Assembly (NCBI GenBank): GCA_046545575.1
Contig: JBKGZM010000004.1
Location: 2,521-66,520 of the forward strand
Source: Dehalococcoidia bacterium
Lineage (GTDB): Bacteria > Chloroflexota > Dehalococcoidia > SZUA-161 > SpSt-899
Reading direction: 5' to 3'
Length of the DNA: 64,000 nt
The notes below the pieces were generated by a model. It was not told where the DNA came from. It was given only the letters and a program-made list of their open reading frames with translations, and ran no database searches. The position numbers and the translations under genes are program-made. Within the stretch, counting starts at the first letter, position 1. Each line of letters starts with the position of its first letter. Positions 38,502-47,786 of this stretch are shown here, piece by piece.

Positions 38502-39524
38502 TCACACAACAAACATTCCGTCCCCAAAGCTGTAAAAACGGTAACCATTGCGGGTAGCCTCCTCATAAGCCTGCAGCACCTTCTCTCTTCCAGCGAAAGC
38601 GCAGACCAGCATGAGGAGTGTTGAACGCGGCAGGTGGAAGTTGGTGACCATTGCATCGATGACACGGAATCGATAGCCGGGCAGGATGTACAGGTTGTTC
38701 CAGCCCCGAACAGGCTGAATATCCCCACCACCCCCAGCAGCCCATTCCAGAGCACGCACAGCAGTGGTGCCCACGGCAATAATCCTTTTGGCCTCCCGTC
38801 TGGCTTCGTTGAGCCTTTGCACAGCATCAGCACCTATCTCACAGTACTCCTGATGCAATGAGTGTTCTCGTGGATCGTCAGCATCGACCGGGCGAAAGGA
38901 ACCCAATCCCACGTGAAGCGTAACAGAAACAAATTCCACCCCCTTCTCCTCGAGGGTTTCCATTAACTCCGGAGTGAAATGCAAGCCGGCCGTCGGCGCG
39001 GCAACACTCCCTTTGCTTCTTGAGTAAACTGTTTGATAGCGTTCGGGGTCTTGCAGGGGGACATGGACGTATGGCGGAAGTGGTACAACCCCCATCTTCT
39101 CCAGCAATTCCTCGTTCGTAAACCTCAACTGGAATGTGCCATTGTCATCCTTCGATAGGACCTCCGCTTCAATCCTGCCCTGCGCGCTTCTGGAGTCAAA
39201 CTCAATTGCCGTGCCCTCTTTGAGCCGTTTCCCGGGCTTTGCCAGCGTCTCCCAAATCCCTTCATCTACCCGGTTTAAGAGAAGTACCTCAACCTTAGCC
39301 CCACTGGACTTATGCCCCATCAGCCGGGCCGGTATCACGCGGCTGTCGTTCAGCACCAGCACATCTCCCGCACCAAGGTATTCCGCAATCTCGAAGAAAC
39401 GGCGGTGTTCAATTCGGCCGCTTTCAAGGTGAAGAACCATCAATCGTGAGTGGTCCCTCGGCTCAATAGGGGTTTGAGCGATCTGCTCAGTGGGAAGTGT
39501 ATAGTCGAAATCAGAGGTTCTCAT
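38502..39524 (-). CDS. queA: S-adenosylmethionine:tRNA ribosyltransferase-isomerase
   Basis: DFDYTLP, PLPPY, AAPTAGLHF, TNFHLPRSTL and YSFGD motifs. Confidence 0.97.
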   Translation of the reverse strand: MRTSDFDYTLPTEQIAQTPIEPRDHSRLMVLHLESGRIEHRRFFEIAEYLGAGDVLVLNDSRVIPARLMGHKSSGAKVEVLLLNRVDEGIWETLAKPGKRLKEGTAIEFDSRSAQGRIEAEVLSKDDNGTFQLRFTNEELLEKMGVVPLPPYVHVPLQDPERYQTVYSRSKGSVAAPTAGLHFTPELMETLEEKGVEFVSVTLHVGLGSFRPVDADDPREHSLHQEYCEIGADAVQRLNEARREAKRIIAVGTTAVRALEWAAGGGGDIQPVRGWNNLYILPGYRFRVIDAMVTNFHLPRSTLLMLVCAFAGREKVLQAYEEATRNGYRFYSFGDGMFVV

Positions 39525-39534
39525 TCAGCAAGAC

Positions 39535-40869
39535 TTAAAGACCGGGGATGGGCATTTTCGGCATCTTCTTACCGGAGCCCATCTGCTTCATCAGCTTTTG
39601 CATCTGTCGAAACTGATTGAGCAGCTGGTTCACGTCCTGGGGAGTCATTCCACTGCCCCGGGCGATGCGCTTTCGGCGGCTCCCGTCGATTATTTCAGGA
39701 GAGTGACGTTCTTCAGGGGTCATCGATTGAACGATAGCTTCAACACGTTTCAATTTGCTCTCATCCAGGCTCGCATTGGCTGGCATGTTTTTCATCATTT
39801 TGGACCCACCAGGGATCATGTCCAGAAGCTGGCTTACAGGGCCCATTTTCTTTACCTGCTGAAGCTGATCCAGGAAATCCTCGAGGTCGAACTTTGCATG
39901 TCGTACCTTCTTTTCCAGCTCCTGTGCTTTCTTTTGATCGAGAGAGGCCTCCGCCTTTTCAATGAAACTGAGCATGTCACCCATGCCCAGAATACGCGAG
40001 GCCATGCGATCGGGGTAGAAAGGCTCGAGGGCATCGAGCTTCTCGCCGGTGCCGACGAATTTTATGGGGACACCTGTCACAGACGTAAGGGACAGCGCTG
40101 CTCCGCCGCGGGCGTCGCCGTCCATCTTGGTAAGTATAGCGCCGGTTAGCCCTACCCTGTTATAGAAATCCTCTGCTATTCTCACCGCTTCCTGACCGGT
40201 CATGGCATCCGCGACGAGCAAAATCTCAGTAGGACTAAGCATCTTCTTAATGCGCTCCAGCTCGTCCATCAGCTCTTCGTCGATGTGGAGTCGGCCGGCG
40301 GTATCGAGGATTATCGTAGTAGCGGCTACGTCCTTAGCCCGCTTGGAAGCCTCCTTACAAATAGCCTCCACGGACTTTGTCTCTTCGTTTATGTAAACTG
40401 GCATATCGAGCTGTTTCCCAAGCGAGGCTAGCTGGGCAGTGGCGGCAGGCCGGTAGGGATCAGCACCAACCAAAAGTGGCTTCTGCCCGCCTTTTCTAAG
40501 GTTAAGGGCAAGCTTGGAAGCAGTGGTAGTTTTCCCTGTTCCCTGCAATCCTACCAGCATGATGACAGTAGGAGGACTATCCGCATTGACAAGCTTATTC
40601 TGCCCACCACCTAACATGTTGGTGAGCTCTTCGTTGACGATCTTTACCACCTGCTGAGCAGGGCTCAGGCTCTCCAGGACCTCCGTACCCACAGCACGCT
40701 CACGCACCCTGGCAACAAAGTCCTTGGCCACCTTGAAATTTACATCGGCCTCAAGAAGCGCTCGCCGGACCTCGCGCAGCGCCTCATCGACATCCTTCTC
40801 AGTAAGCTTACCTTTGCCACTGAGTCTACTAAAAACCGAGTTCAGTTTTTCCGATAACGAGTCAAACAT
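39535..40869 (-). CDS. ffh: signal recognition particle protein
   Basis: ALLEADV, GLQGTGKTT, DTAGR, DGDARGG motifs; Met-rich M domain. Confidence 0.97.
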   Translation of the reverse strand: MFDSLSEKLNSVFSRLSGKGKLTEKDVDEALREVRRALLEADVNFKVAKDFVARVRERAVGTEVLESLSPAQQVVKIVNEELTNMLGGGQNKLVNADSPPTVIMLVGLQGTGKTTTASKLALNLRKGGQKPLLVGADPYRPAATAQLASLGKQLDMPVYINEETKSVEAICKEASKRAKDVAATTIILDTAGRLHIDEELMDELERIKKMLSPTEILLVADAMTGQEAVRIAEDFYNRVGLTGAILTKMDGDARGGAALSLTSVTGVPIKFVGTGEKLDALEPFYPDRMASRILGMGDMLSFIEKAEASLDQKKAQELEKKVRHAKFDLEDFLDQLQQVKKMGPVSQLLDMIPGGSKMMKNMPANASLDESKLKRVEAIVQSMTPEERHSPEIIDGSRRKRIARGSGMTPQDVNQLLNQFRQMQKLMKQMGSGKKMPKMPIPGL

Positions 40870-40976
40870 TTTTAGTCACTGATTTATTCTAACTGAGGGC
40901 AGAGAGACTATCAAGGCTTAAACATCTCCGCATTCAGATTGAAGGGAACGCGCAACCTGTGATATAGTATTTTTGT

Positions 40977-41050
40977 GTCCCTGTAGCTCAACAGGACAGA
41001 GCGACTGCCTTCTAAGCAGTAGGTTCTGGGTTCGAGTCCCAGCAGGGACG
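40977..41050 (+). tRNA. tRNA-Arg (TCT)
   Basis: Acceptor GTCCCTG/CAGGGAC, anticodon arm actgc-ct-TCT-aa-gcagt, TTCGAGT T-loop; CCA not encoded. Confidence 0.95.
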
Positions 41051-41193
41051 CTCTGAAGCTGAGCGACCGACTGCCTATACGCAACAAACATCTATCAAAC
41101 AAAACTACCTCAAACCTTCATGGAAGACAATACCCTCGGTTTATGTTAAACTAATAATGGCCACGTAAGCCAAGGATATGCGCTGCAGAGATG

Positions 41194-41229
41194 CCGCCTG
41201 ACCTTTCTACGAGGTGTAGGCGGTTTTTT
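41194..41229 (+). terminator. intrinsic terminator
   Basis: ccgcct..acct/aggt..aggcgg stem followed by T6. Confidence 0.65.
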
Positions 41230-41309
41230 CGACCAGGCAAGACAAGGCACCGGTAAAACCACGGCCTTTATGCTACCTGCTCTGTAAACGCTATAATTGG
41301 GGAGATTAT

Positions 41310-43175
41310 ATGAACACCGAACTCCAAATGGTGTCTAATAAATCTGTTAGCAGTGAGAACATCCGCAATGTAGCTCTCATAGCACATGTCGACCACGGCA
41401 AGACAACGCTGGTCGATCAACTCTTACGCCAGAGTGGACAGTTTCGTAAAGGGGAACTGTCCGGTGACCTGATCCTCGACTCCAACCCGCTCGAACGTGA
41501 GCGCGGGATCACTATCCTGGCCAAAAACTGCGCTATCGACTATACGGATCGCCTGGGACGAGACCTGCACATAAATATCATTGACACACCGGGCCATGCG
41601 GATTTCAGCGGTGAGGTTGAACGGGTGCTCAGGATGGCCGATGGCGTCCTTCTGCTGGTTGACGCCTTTGAAGGCGTCATGCCACAAACACGTTATGTCC
41701 TTTCCAAAGCGCTCGCGATAGGACTGAAATTGTTAGTGGTTATCAACAAGATGGACCGTCCTAACGCCCGGCCAAACGAAGTGCTCAACAATGTTTTTGA
41801 TTTACTTGTGGACCTGGGAGCTGATGACCAGGCCCTTGATTTCCCCACCATCTATACATCCGCAAAGGAGGGATGGGCCACAACGAATCCGAATGATAGA
41901 CCTTCCCAGGACATTCATGATTTATTTGACGCCATAACAGAATACATCCCTGCCCCCCAGTTTAATGCAGATGTACCTCTGCAGGCACTGATAACCACAA
42001 TGGACTACAATGACTACGTCGGGCGGATCGGCATCGGTCGAGTTTTCTCGGGAACATTGTATTCCGGGAAAGAGATCCTCGTTATCGACCGCAACGGCAA
42101 TAATTCAAAACAGAAAATCAGCCAGCTTTTCCGGTTTGACGGTCTGGGCCGTAGGGAAGTGGACCGCATTGATGCCGGGAACTTATTCGCAGTAGTAGGC
42201 CTTGATAAGTTCGACATAGGAGATACCCTTACCGATATCGATCACCCGGCTCCGATGTCCACTGTGGCAATCGACGAGCCAACCATCCACATGGCATTCC
42301 GCGTCAACGACGGTCCATTCAGCGGGCGAGAAGGCAAATACGTGACCAGTCGGCAGATACTGGAGCGACTGCGGAAGGAACTGAAATCCAACGTCGCCCT
42401 CCGTTTGGAGGAGCGAGGCGACGAATTCATCGTCTCAGGCCGGGGGATTCTCCACCTGGGTATTCTCCTGGAGAACATGCGCAGGGAAGGTTACGAGTTG
42501 ACTGTAGGGAAGCCGGAAGTTATTTATCACAAAAAGGATGGCAAACTGCAGGAACCGCTAGAACTGCTGATAATCGATGTGCCCAACAAGAGCACCGGAG
42601 CGGTCATGCAACTTTTGGGAACCAGGCGAGCTGAGATGACAACCATGAAAGCATCGGATACCCATACGCATATCGAATTCAAAATCACTGCTCGCGGACT
42701 CATTGGGCTGCGGTCAAAGTTGCTTACCGCCACTCAGGGAGAAGCTATCATGCACCACCGTTTCATGGAATATGGAGACCTGCGTGGAGAGATTCCTGGC
42801 AGAACCAGCGGTGTGATGATCGCCGCTAGTGCCGGCCAGGTTACAGCATATGCCCTTGACCAGCTCGCCGACCGGGGCACCCCGTTTGTCGAGCCGGGAG
42901 ATTCGGTATACGAGGGCCAGATCGTCGGGGAGCACTGCAAGGACAACGATCTGGAAGTGAATGTAATCAGGCAGAAAAAGCTCACCAACGTGCGCGCCGC
43001 AGCCAAAGATTCGACAATTATACTGAAGCCTGCCTGGAAAATGGATCTGGAAACAGCATTGGAGTATATTGAGAATGATGAATTGGTGGAAGTCACACCT
43101 CAGTCGATACGCCTGCGCAAACGATTCCTCAAAGGAACTGACCGCCGTAGGGTGACGAAGAAAGGTTTTCTTTGA
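41310..43175 (+). CDS. typA: translational GTPase TypA/BipA
   Basis: [24 protein letters not shown] and KKLTNVRA motifs. Confidence 0.96.
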   Translation: MNTELQMVSNKSVSSENIRNVALIAHVDHGKTTLVDQLLRQSGQFRKGELSGDLILDSNPLERERGITILAKNCAIDYTDRLGRDLHINIIDTPGHADFSGEVERVLRMADGVLLLVDAFEGVMPQTRYVLSKALAIGLKLLVVINKMDRPNARPNEVLNNVFDLLVDLGADDQALDFPTIYTSAKEGWATTNPNDRPSQDIHDLFDAITEYIPAPQFNADVPLQALITTMDYNDYVGRIGIGRVFSGTLYSGKEILVIDRNGNNSKQKISQLFRFDGLGRREVDRIDAGNLFAVVGLDKFDIGDTLTDIDHPAPMSTVAIDEPTIHMAFRVNDGPFSGREGKYVTSRQILERLRKELKSNVALRLEERGDEFIVSGRGILHLGILLENMRREGYELTVGKPEVIYHKKDGKLQEPLELLIIDVPNKSTGAVMQLLGTRRAEMTTMKASDTHTHIEFKITARGLIGLRSKLLTATQGEAIMHHRFMEYGDLRGEIPGRTSGVMIAASAGQVTAYALDQLADRGTPFVEPGDSVYEGQIVGEHCKDNDLEVNVIRQKKLTNVRAAAKDSTIILKPAWKMDLETALEYIENDELVEVTPQSIRLRKRFLKGTDRRRVTKKGFL

Positions 43176-43179
43176 GACC

Positions 43180-43749
43180 TTGACATCCGCTAGCATGGTG
43201 CATTATCTTTTAAGCACCCAGGGCTATTCACGTCCCATGGTGAGTCTACAGCATGGTATGTCTAAGCTGCTAGTTACCAGAAGAGGTATTCTTATCGCCG
43301 ATGTCATCTGCTTTCTCGGCTTTTTAGCCTTTTCTATCCCATCAGAGTCCGGCATCTGGCGCTACCCGCAAATCGCTTTCTTCTTTATCTGGGTCCTGAT
43401 ACTCATCGTCCATATCGCCTGGTTTAACCGTAAGTCAGTGTTGACATACTTCAGCAGCCAGCCCAAAGTATCAAAAAGAGGGCTACGACAGATGGTCATC
43501 TACGCCTTAGCTGCGTGTTTCACAAGCATAGTAGCCATCACAATCATGGTAATGGCATCCAGTTCTACTTTCACTGAGCCCATAGTAGTATGGCTTCCTC
43601 TAGCTATTGCAGCAGTGATTCTTGCCCATGTCTGGTTGAACAGAAAGCCCTTCTTCTATTACATCGGGGGAAAGACTGCGCTAGCTACCTGGCTTTGTGG
43701 ATGCTGTTTGCTTTCCCTCGGCATAGTCGTGAGGGTCTGCCCGACCTAA
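43180..43749 (+). CDS. membrane protein with two His-containing repeats (DUF4405-like)
   Basis: ILIVHIAWFNRK and VILAHVWLNRK repeats; true start uncertain. Confidence 0.55.
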   Translation: MTSASMVHYLLSTQGYSRPMVSLQHGMSKLLVTRRGILIADVICFLGFLAFSIPSESGIWRYPQIAFFFIWVLILIVHIAWFNRKSVLTYFSSQPKVSKRGLRQMVIYALAACFTSIVAITIMVMASSSTFTEPIVVWLPLAIAAVILAHVWLNRKPFFYYIGGKTALATWLCGCCLLSLGIVVRVCPT

Positions 43750-43900
43750 CCTGCCCCCCCCCAAATTTCTCGTGAGCCGTGCACTCAGCCTGGTTAAGCG
43801 GCATTCGGCAGAATGGTCAGGTATAAAGCAATTTCCATTTAGTATCAATTTATTATAAAGTGGAATTGGAAAGTTTTTTCTGGAAAGGATCAAGATATAG

Positions 43901-45130
43901 ATGTACGGAACTGAGTCAACCTACAAACTAGACACCACAAAATTTAAGAAGCCCTTCTTCGAGATGGGGCCAATCAGGCCACCAAGTGAAGGGGAAGACA
44001 ACTCTTTGCTGGTCAGGATCGTCAGGAACTGCCCCTGGAACAAGTGCGTTTTCTGTCCCACGTATAAAAACGAGAAATTTGGCTACAGGCCTCTGGAAGA
44101 GGTGAAGGAAGATATTGACGTCGCAAAAGCCCTATACGATGAAATAGAAACAGCTTCCTGGAAACTTGGTTTAGAGGGAGAAATCACGAATGAATTGCTA
44201 ATGGCAATAGTTACTGGGAACCCGGATATTTACAGAAGCGGCGATGAACTGCCCCTGCATAACCTCGCTAATGTGGCGAACTGGATCGTCTCAGGTGCCA
44301 GGACAGTATTCCTGCAAGACGGCGATGCTCCGATTATGAGAACCCCGGAACTGGTGGAGGTCATCGAATACCTCAAACAGAACTTCCCGACTATAGAAAG
44401 GGTCACTTCCTATGGCCGGGCCAAGACCTGCTCTAAGAAGAGTCTCTCGGAACTACAGAGCTTACACCATGCTGGCCTTTCAAGGCTCCATGTGGGGCTG
44501 GAGTCAGGCAATGATGAGGTTCTAAGCTTCATGCGGAAAGGGGTTACCCGAGAGGAGCAAATCGCCGGTGGCAAAAAGGTGGTTGAATCCGGTATCTCTT
44601 TGTCAGAGTATGTTATGCCTGGATTGGGTGGCAAGGAATGGTCGAGAGCACACGCCATAGATTCAGCCACAGCCCTGTCTGAGATAGACCCCGATTTCAT
44701 CAGGGTTAGAAGCCTCATCGTGAGAAGAGGATCGCCACTTACCAGCAAGGTCGAAAACGGCGAATTCGAGCTGCCCACCGAGGACGAGGTCGTGGAGGAG
44801 ATTCGCCTTTTTGTCGAGAACCTGAACTGCCATTCCTATATAATATCCGACCAGATGTCAAATCTTCTGTTTGAGGTTGAGGGGCAATTGCCACAAGACA
44901 AGGAAAAGATTCTGGAAAGGATCTCCAGATACCAGCAAAAGCCCTTGATGGAAAAACTGGAATTCAGATTAAAACGCCGCATGCAGTCCTACCTCGCAGT
45001 CTACGGTGATATGGATCAGGATCTACAACAGAGAATCAATGAGGCTATGAATGCCATTCAATCGGAATCCCCTGATGCGGAGGAAAAAACAAACCAGGCG
45101 ATCGCTGCTCTGAAGCTGGGGTTTGTTTAG
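43901..45130 (+). CDS. radical SAM protein
   Basis: GPIRPPSE, CPWNKCVFC, LHVGLESG and YVMPGLGG motifs. Confidence 0.9.
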   Translation: MYGTESTYKLDTTKFKKPFFEMGPIRPPSEGEDNSLLVRIVRNCPWNKCVFCPTYKNEKFGYRPLEEVKEDIDVAKALYDEIETASWKLGLEGEITNELLMAIVTGNPDIYRSGDELPLHNLANVANWIVSGARTVFLQDGDAPIMRTPELVEVIEYLKQNFPTIERVTSYGRAKTCSKKSLSELQSLHHAGLSRLHVGLESGNDEVLSFMRKGVTREEQIAGGKKVVESGISLSEYVMPGLGGKEWSRAHAIDSATALSEIDPDFIRVRSLIVRRGSPLTSKVENGEFELPTEDEVVEEIRLFVENLNCHSYIISDQMSNLLFEVEGQLPQDKEKILERISRYQQKPLMEKLEFRLKRRMQSYLAVYGDMDQDLQQRINEAMNAIQSESPDAEEKTNQAIAALKLGFV

Positions 45131-45281
45131 GGATAGTAAATCACCTGTGGATACACAAAGAATAGTACGAATTTGCTAAGGACTACAGCCCCTCGGGTCT
45201 TGCAAAAGTCTCTGGCAAAGCACTTAATAAAACTGTGTACTCCAATTTAGCATGCTTCTCGATACTGCAGAAAGTTCACGC

Positions 45282-46755
45282 ATGAAGCAAATGAGGATAT
45301 TAGTAGTTAGCCACGATGAACAAGCCTCCCGGTTCTTAAAACACGAACTGGAGAAGGCAGATCATGTGGTTGATTGTACTTTTCCCTCGTTTGACCTCCC
45401 AGACAGGTTAGTGAATGCCGGGAAAGAAGGCAAAGATTATAGCTTGCTTTTCATCGACCTTGATATGTTGGAGATAAACGCACTCGAACTCTTTGGAGAA
45501 ATCAGGGGGGCAAGACCTGACTTAGGCGTTGTAGCTGTGATCTCAACGAGCAATGAGCATAAGGCAACAGAAGCAATCCATCTCGGAATAACTGACTGCT
45601 TGCACAAACCTATCTCCCAACATGAGATCCACATCGCTGTTTCACGAGCGGAACAAAAGAGGATCCATGAAGATAAAAAGACTCTTGAGATTGGCATGGC
45701 GTTCAAGCAAGAATATGCCAAGTATGATCGAGGAACGTGTAGGCAAGATCAGGCAGTCGGAGGTCAGGTATCGCGCTACCTTCGAGAACACCGGAACCGC
45801 TATGGCGATACTCAAGCCCGATATGACTCTTTCATTGGTAAACAGGGAATTTGAAGCCCTCTGCGGATATCCTAAAGAGGAAATCGAGGGAAAGAAAAAG
45901 TGCACTGAATTTATAGAGCCTGAAGTACTGGATCAGTTCAATCCCGCCACAAGGCAGGAAGTCGAAAGCCTGACAATACCTGAGTGCCAGATGGTAGACC
46001 GCCGTGGGGAGATAAAACATATCCACTTGAGCGTTGAGATGATCCCGGACACCAGTGAGAGCATTGTCTCGATACTGGACATCACAGATCGCAAACAGGC
46101 CGAGGAACAGATTCGAAAAGACCTCCAAGAAAAAGAGGCACTCCTGAAGGAAATTCACCACCGGGTAAAGAACAACATGCAGGTCCTTGCAAGCCTACTC
46201 AAGCACCAACGGAGACGAGTAAAAGAGGAATCATACAAGCAAATGCTGAGAGAAAACGAGCAGCGCATATACTCAATGTCTCTGGCACACGAGAAAGTTT
46301 ACAGATCAGACAACATGGCCGCTGTCGACTTTGGCCGATTTGTAAAAAGCGTGGCAAGGAGCTTGTTCAGCTCTTACATGACGGATATTCAAACGGTGAA
46401 GCTGGTAACAGATGCCGAAGACGTTAAGCTCCCCGTCGACCAGGCTGTCCCATGTGGCCTAATAGTAAACGAGCTGGTATCAAATTCCCTGAAATACGCG
46501 TTCCCTGAGGGGAGACAGGGAGAAGTCAAGGTCAGCCTCCACGAAATCGGCGGCAACGAAGTCGATCTTGTGATAAGCGACAATGGGGCAGGGCTGCCGG
46601 AAGAAATAGACTTCAGGAAGACAGACTCGCTGGGTTTGCACCTGGTAACAATCCTGGCAGAGGGCCAACTCGATGGCGAGGTAGAGCTAGACAGAAGCCG
46701 GGGAACGGAGTTCAGGATCAAGTTCAAGATAGCTGGAACAAACAGCCGGTTTTAG
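45282..46755 (+). pseudogene. frameshifted hybrid sensor kinase (REC-PAS-HisKA_2-HATPase)
   Basis: REC domain (FIDLDM, LHKP) in one frame to ...QEYAK, continuing MIEERV...PAS, EIHHRVKNN, NSLKYAF, DNGAG in another frame; shift near 45723. Confidence 0.7.
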
Positions 46756-46844
46756 AAAGTATACACTCGCTAGAATTGACTCAGTAATGATCTTCAATTA
46801 TACTTGTTCTACTCCTATGAAACTGCGGCAGAAAGGAGATAACC

Positions 46845-47693
46845 ATGTATGATTGGTTTATGGATACAGGTATCCGAATTGTGGCTATCATAGTGGTTGC
46901 CCTCATCCTGTACCTTGTCCTCAAACTTCTAATACCCAAACTTATGAGGCGGCATATATCCAAAAGGATGGCAGACGAATCAGAGACAGCAATCAACCAA
47001 AGGATCGATACACTATCCTCAATCATGGACACGATTGTGGGAATAGTCATCCTGATCCTCGCCTTGCTTACCATACTTCCTGAGTTCGGGGTAAACATCG
47101 CGACACTTCTAGCTGGGGTTGGTGTCATCGGCCTGGCTCTCGCCTTTGCCGCCCAGGGACTGGTAAAGGACTTCATTGGCGGCTTCTTCGTACTATTCGA
47201 AGATCAGTACAGGATAGGTGATGTAGTTGGCATCGCAGGAATCGTTGGAGTCATTGAAGAGATTACTTTGCGACGCAGCATCATGAGGGATATCGATGCG
47301 AAGGTACACTCAATACCAAACGGGCATGTAGATATTTCAACAAACTACACCAGGAACTACTCACGGGTAAACCTCGACATATCCGTAGGTTATGGAGAGG
47401 ATCTAGGGAAAGTTATCGAGACCATCGATCGAGTCTGCCAGGAAATGGCCGAGGACCCAAAGTGGAAAGACGACTTTGTATCCACTCCTGCAGTGCTGAG
47501 AGTAAATAATCTAGGGGACTCCGGCGTCGAGATCAAGATCCTCGGAGACACCAAACCGGCATCCCAATGGGCCATAATGGGGGAACTGCGTTTACGAATT
47601 AAAAATACCTTTGACAGCGAAGGTATCGAGATTCCCTGGCCGCACACCAAAGTATATTTCGGCAACAGCCCGAATACTTCGAATCAGAACTAA
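46845..47693 (+). CDS. mscS: small-conductance mechanosensitive channel
   Basis: LAGVGVIGLALAFAAQGLVKDFIGG, IPNG and GIEIPWP motifs. Confidence 0.9.
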   Translation: MYDWFMDTGIRIVAIIVVALILYLVLKLLIPKLMRRHISKRMADESETAINQRIDTLSSIMDTIVGIVILILALLTILPEFGVNIATLLAGVGVIGLALAFAAQGLVKDFIGGFFVLFEDQYRIGDVVGIAGIVGVIEEITLRRSIMRDIDAKVHSIPNGHVDISTNYTRNYSRVNLDISVGYGEDLGKVIETIDRVCQEMAEDPKWKDDFVSTPAVLRVNNLGDSGVEIKILGDTKPASQWAIMGELRLRIKNTFDSEGIEIPWPHTKVYFGNSPNTSNQN

Positions 47694-47729
47694 TCATCAA
47701 AACGGCACTCTAAAGGTAGTTCGGTGTAA

Positions 47730-47773
47730 AAGCGGCTGGGAGCCCTGCTATCGCGAAGGGCTCCCAGCCGCTT
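47730..47773. terminator. hairpin between convergent genes (terminator for the fdh operon)
   Basis: aagcggctgggagccct / agggctcccagccgctt 17-bp stem. Confidence 0.75.
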
Positions 47774-47786
47774 GAGGGCCTCAACT

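Noticed and set aside
41205-41252. Guanidine-III riboswitch-like words (acgaggtg...caagac)
   Set aside because: The required pseudoknot pairings cannot be formed and the downstream gene is not a guanidine exporter.
43901-45130. CX4CX2C spacing as a novel radical SAM motif
   Set aside because: The CPWNKCxFC spacing is common in this radical SAM subfamily.
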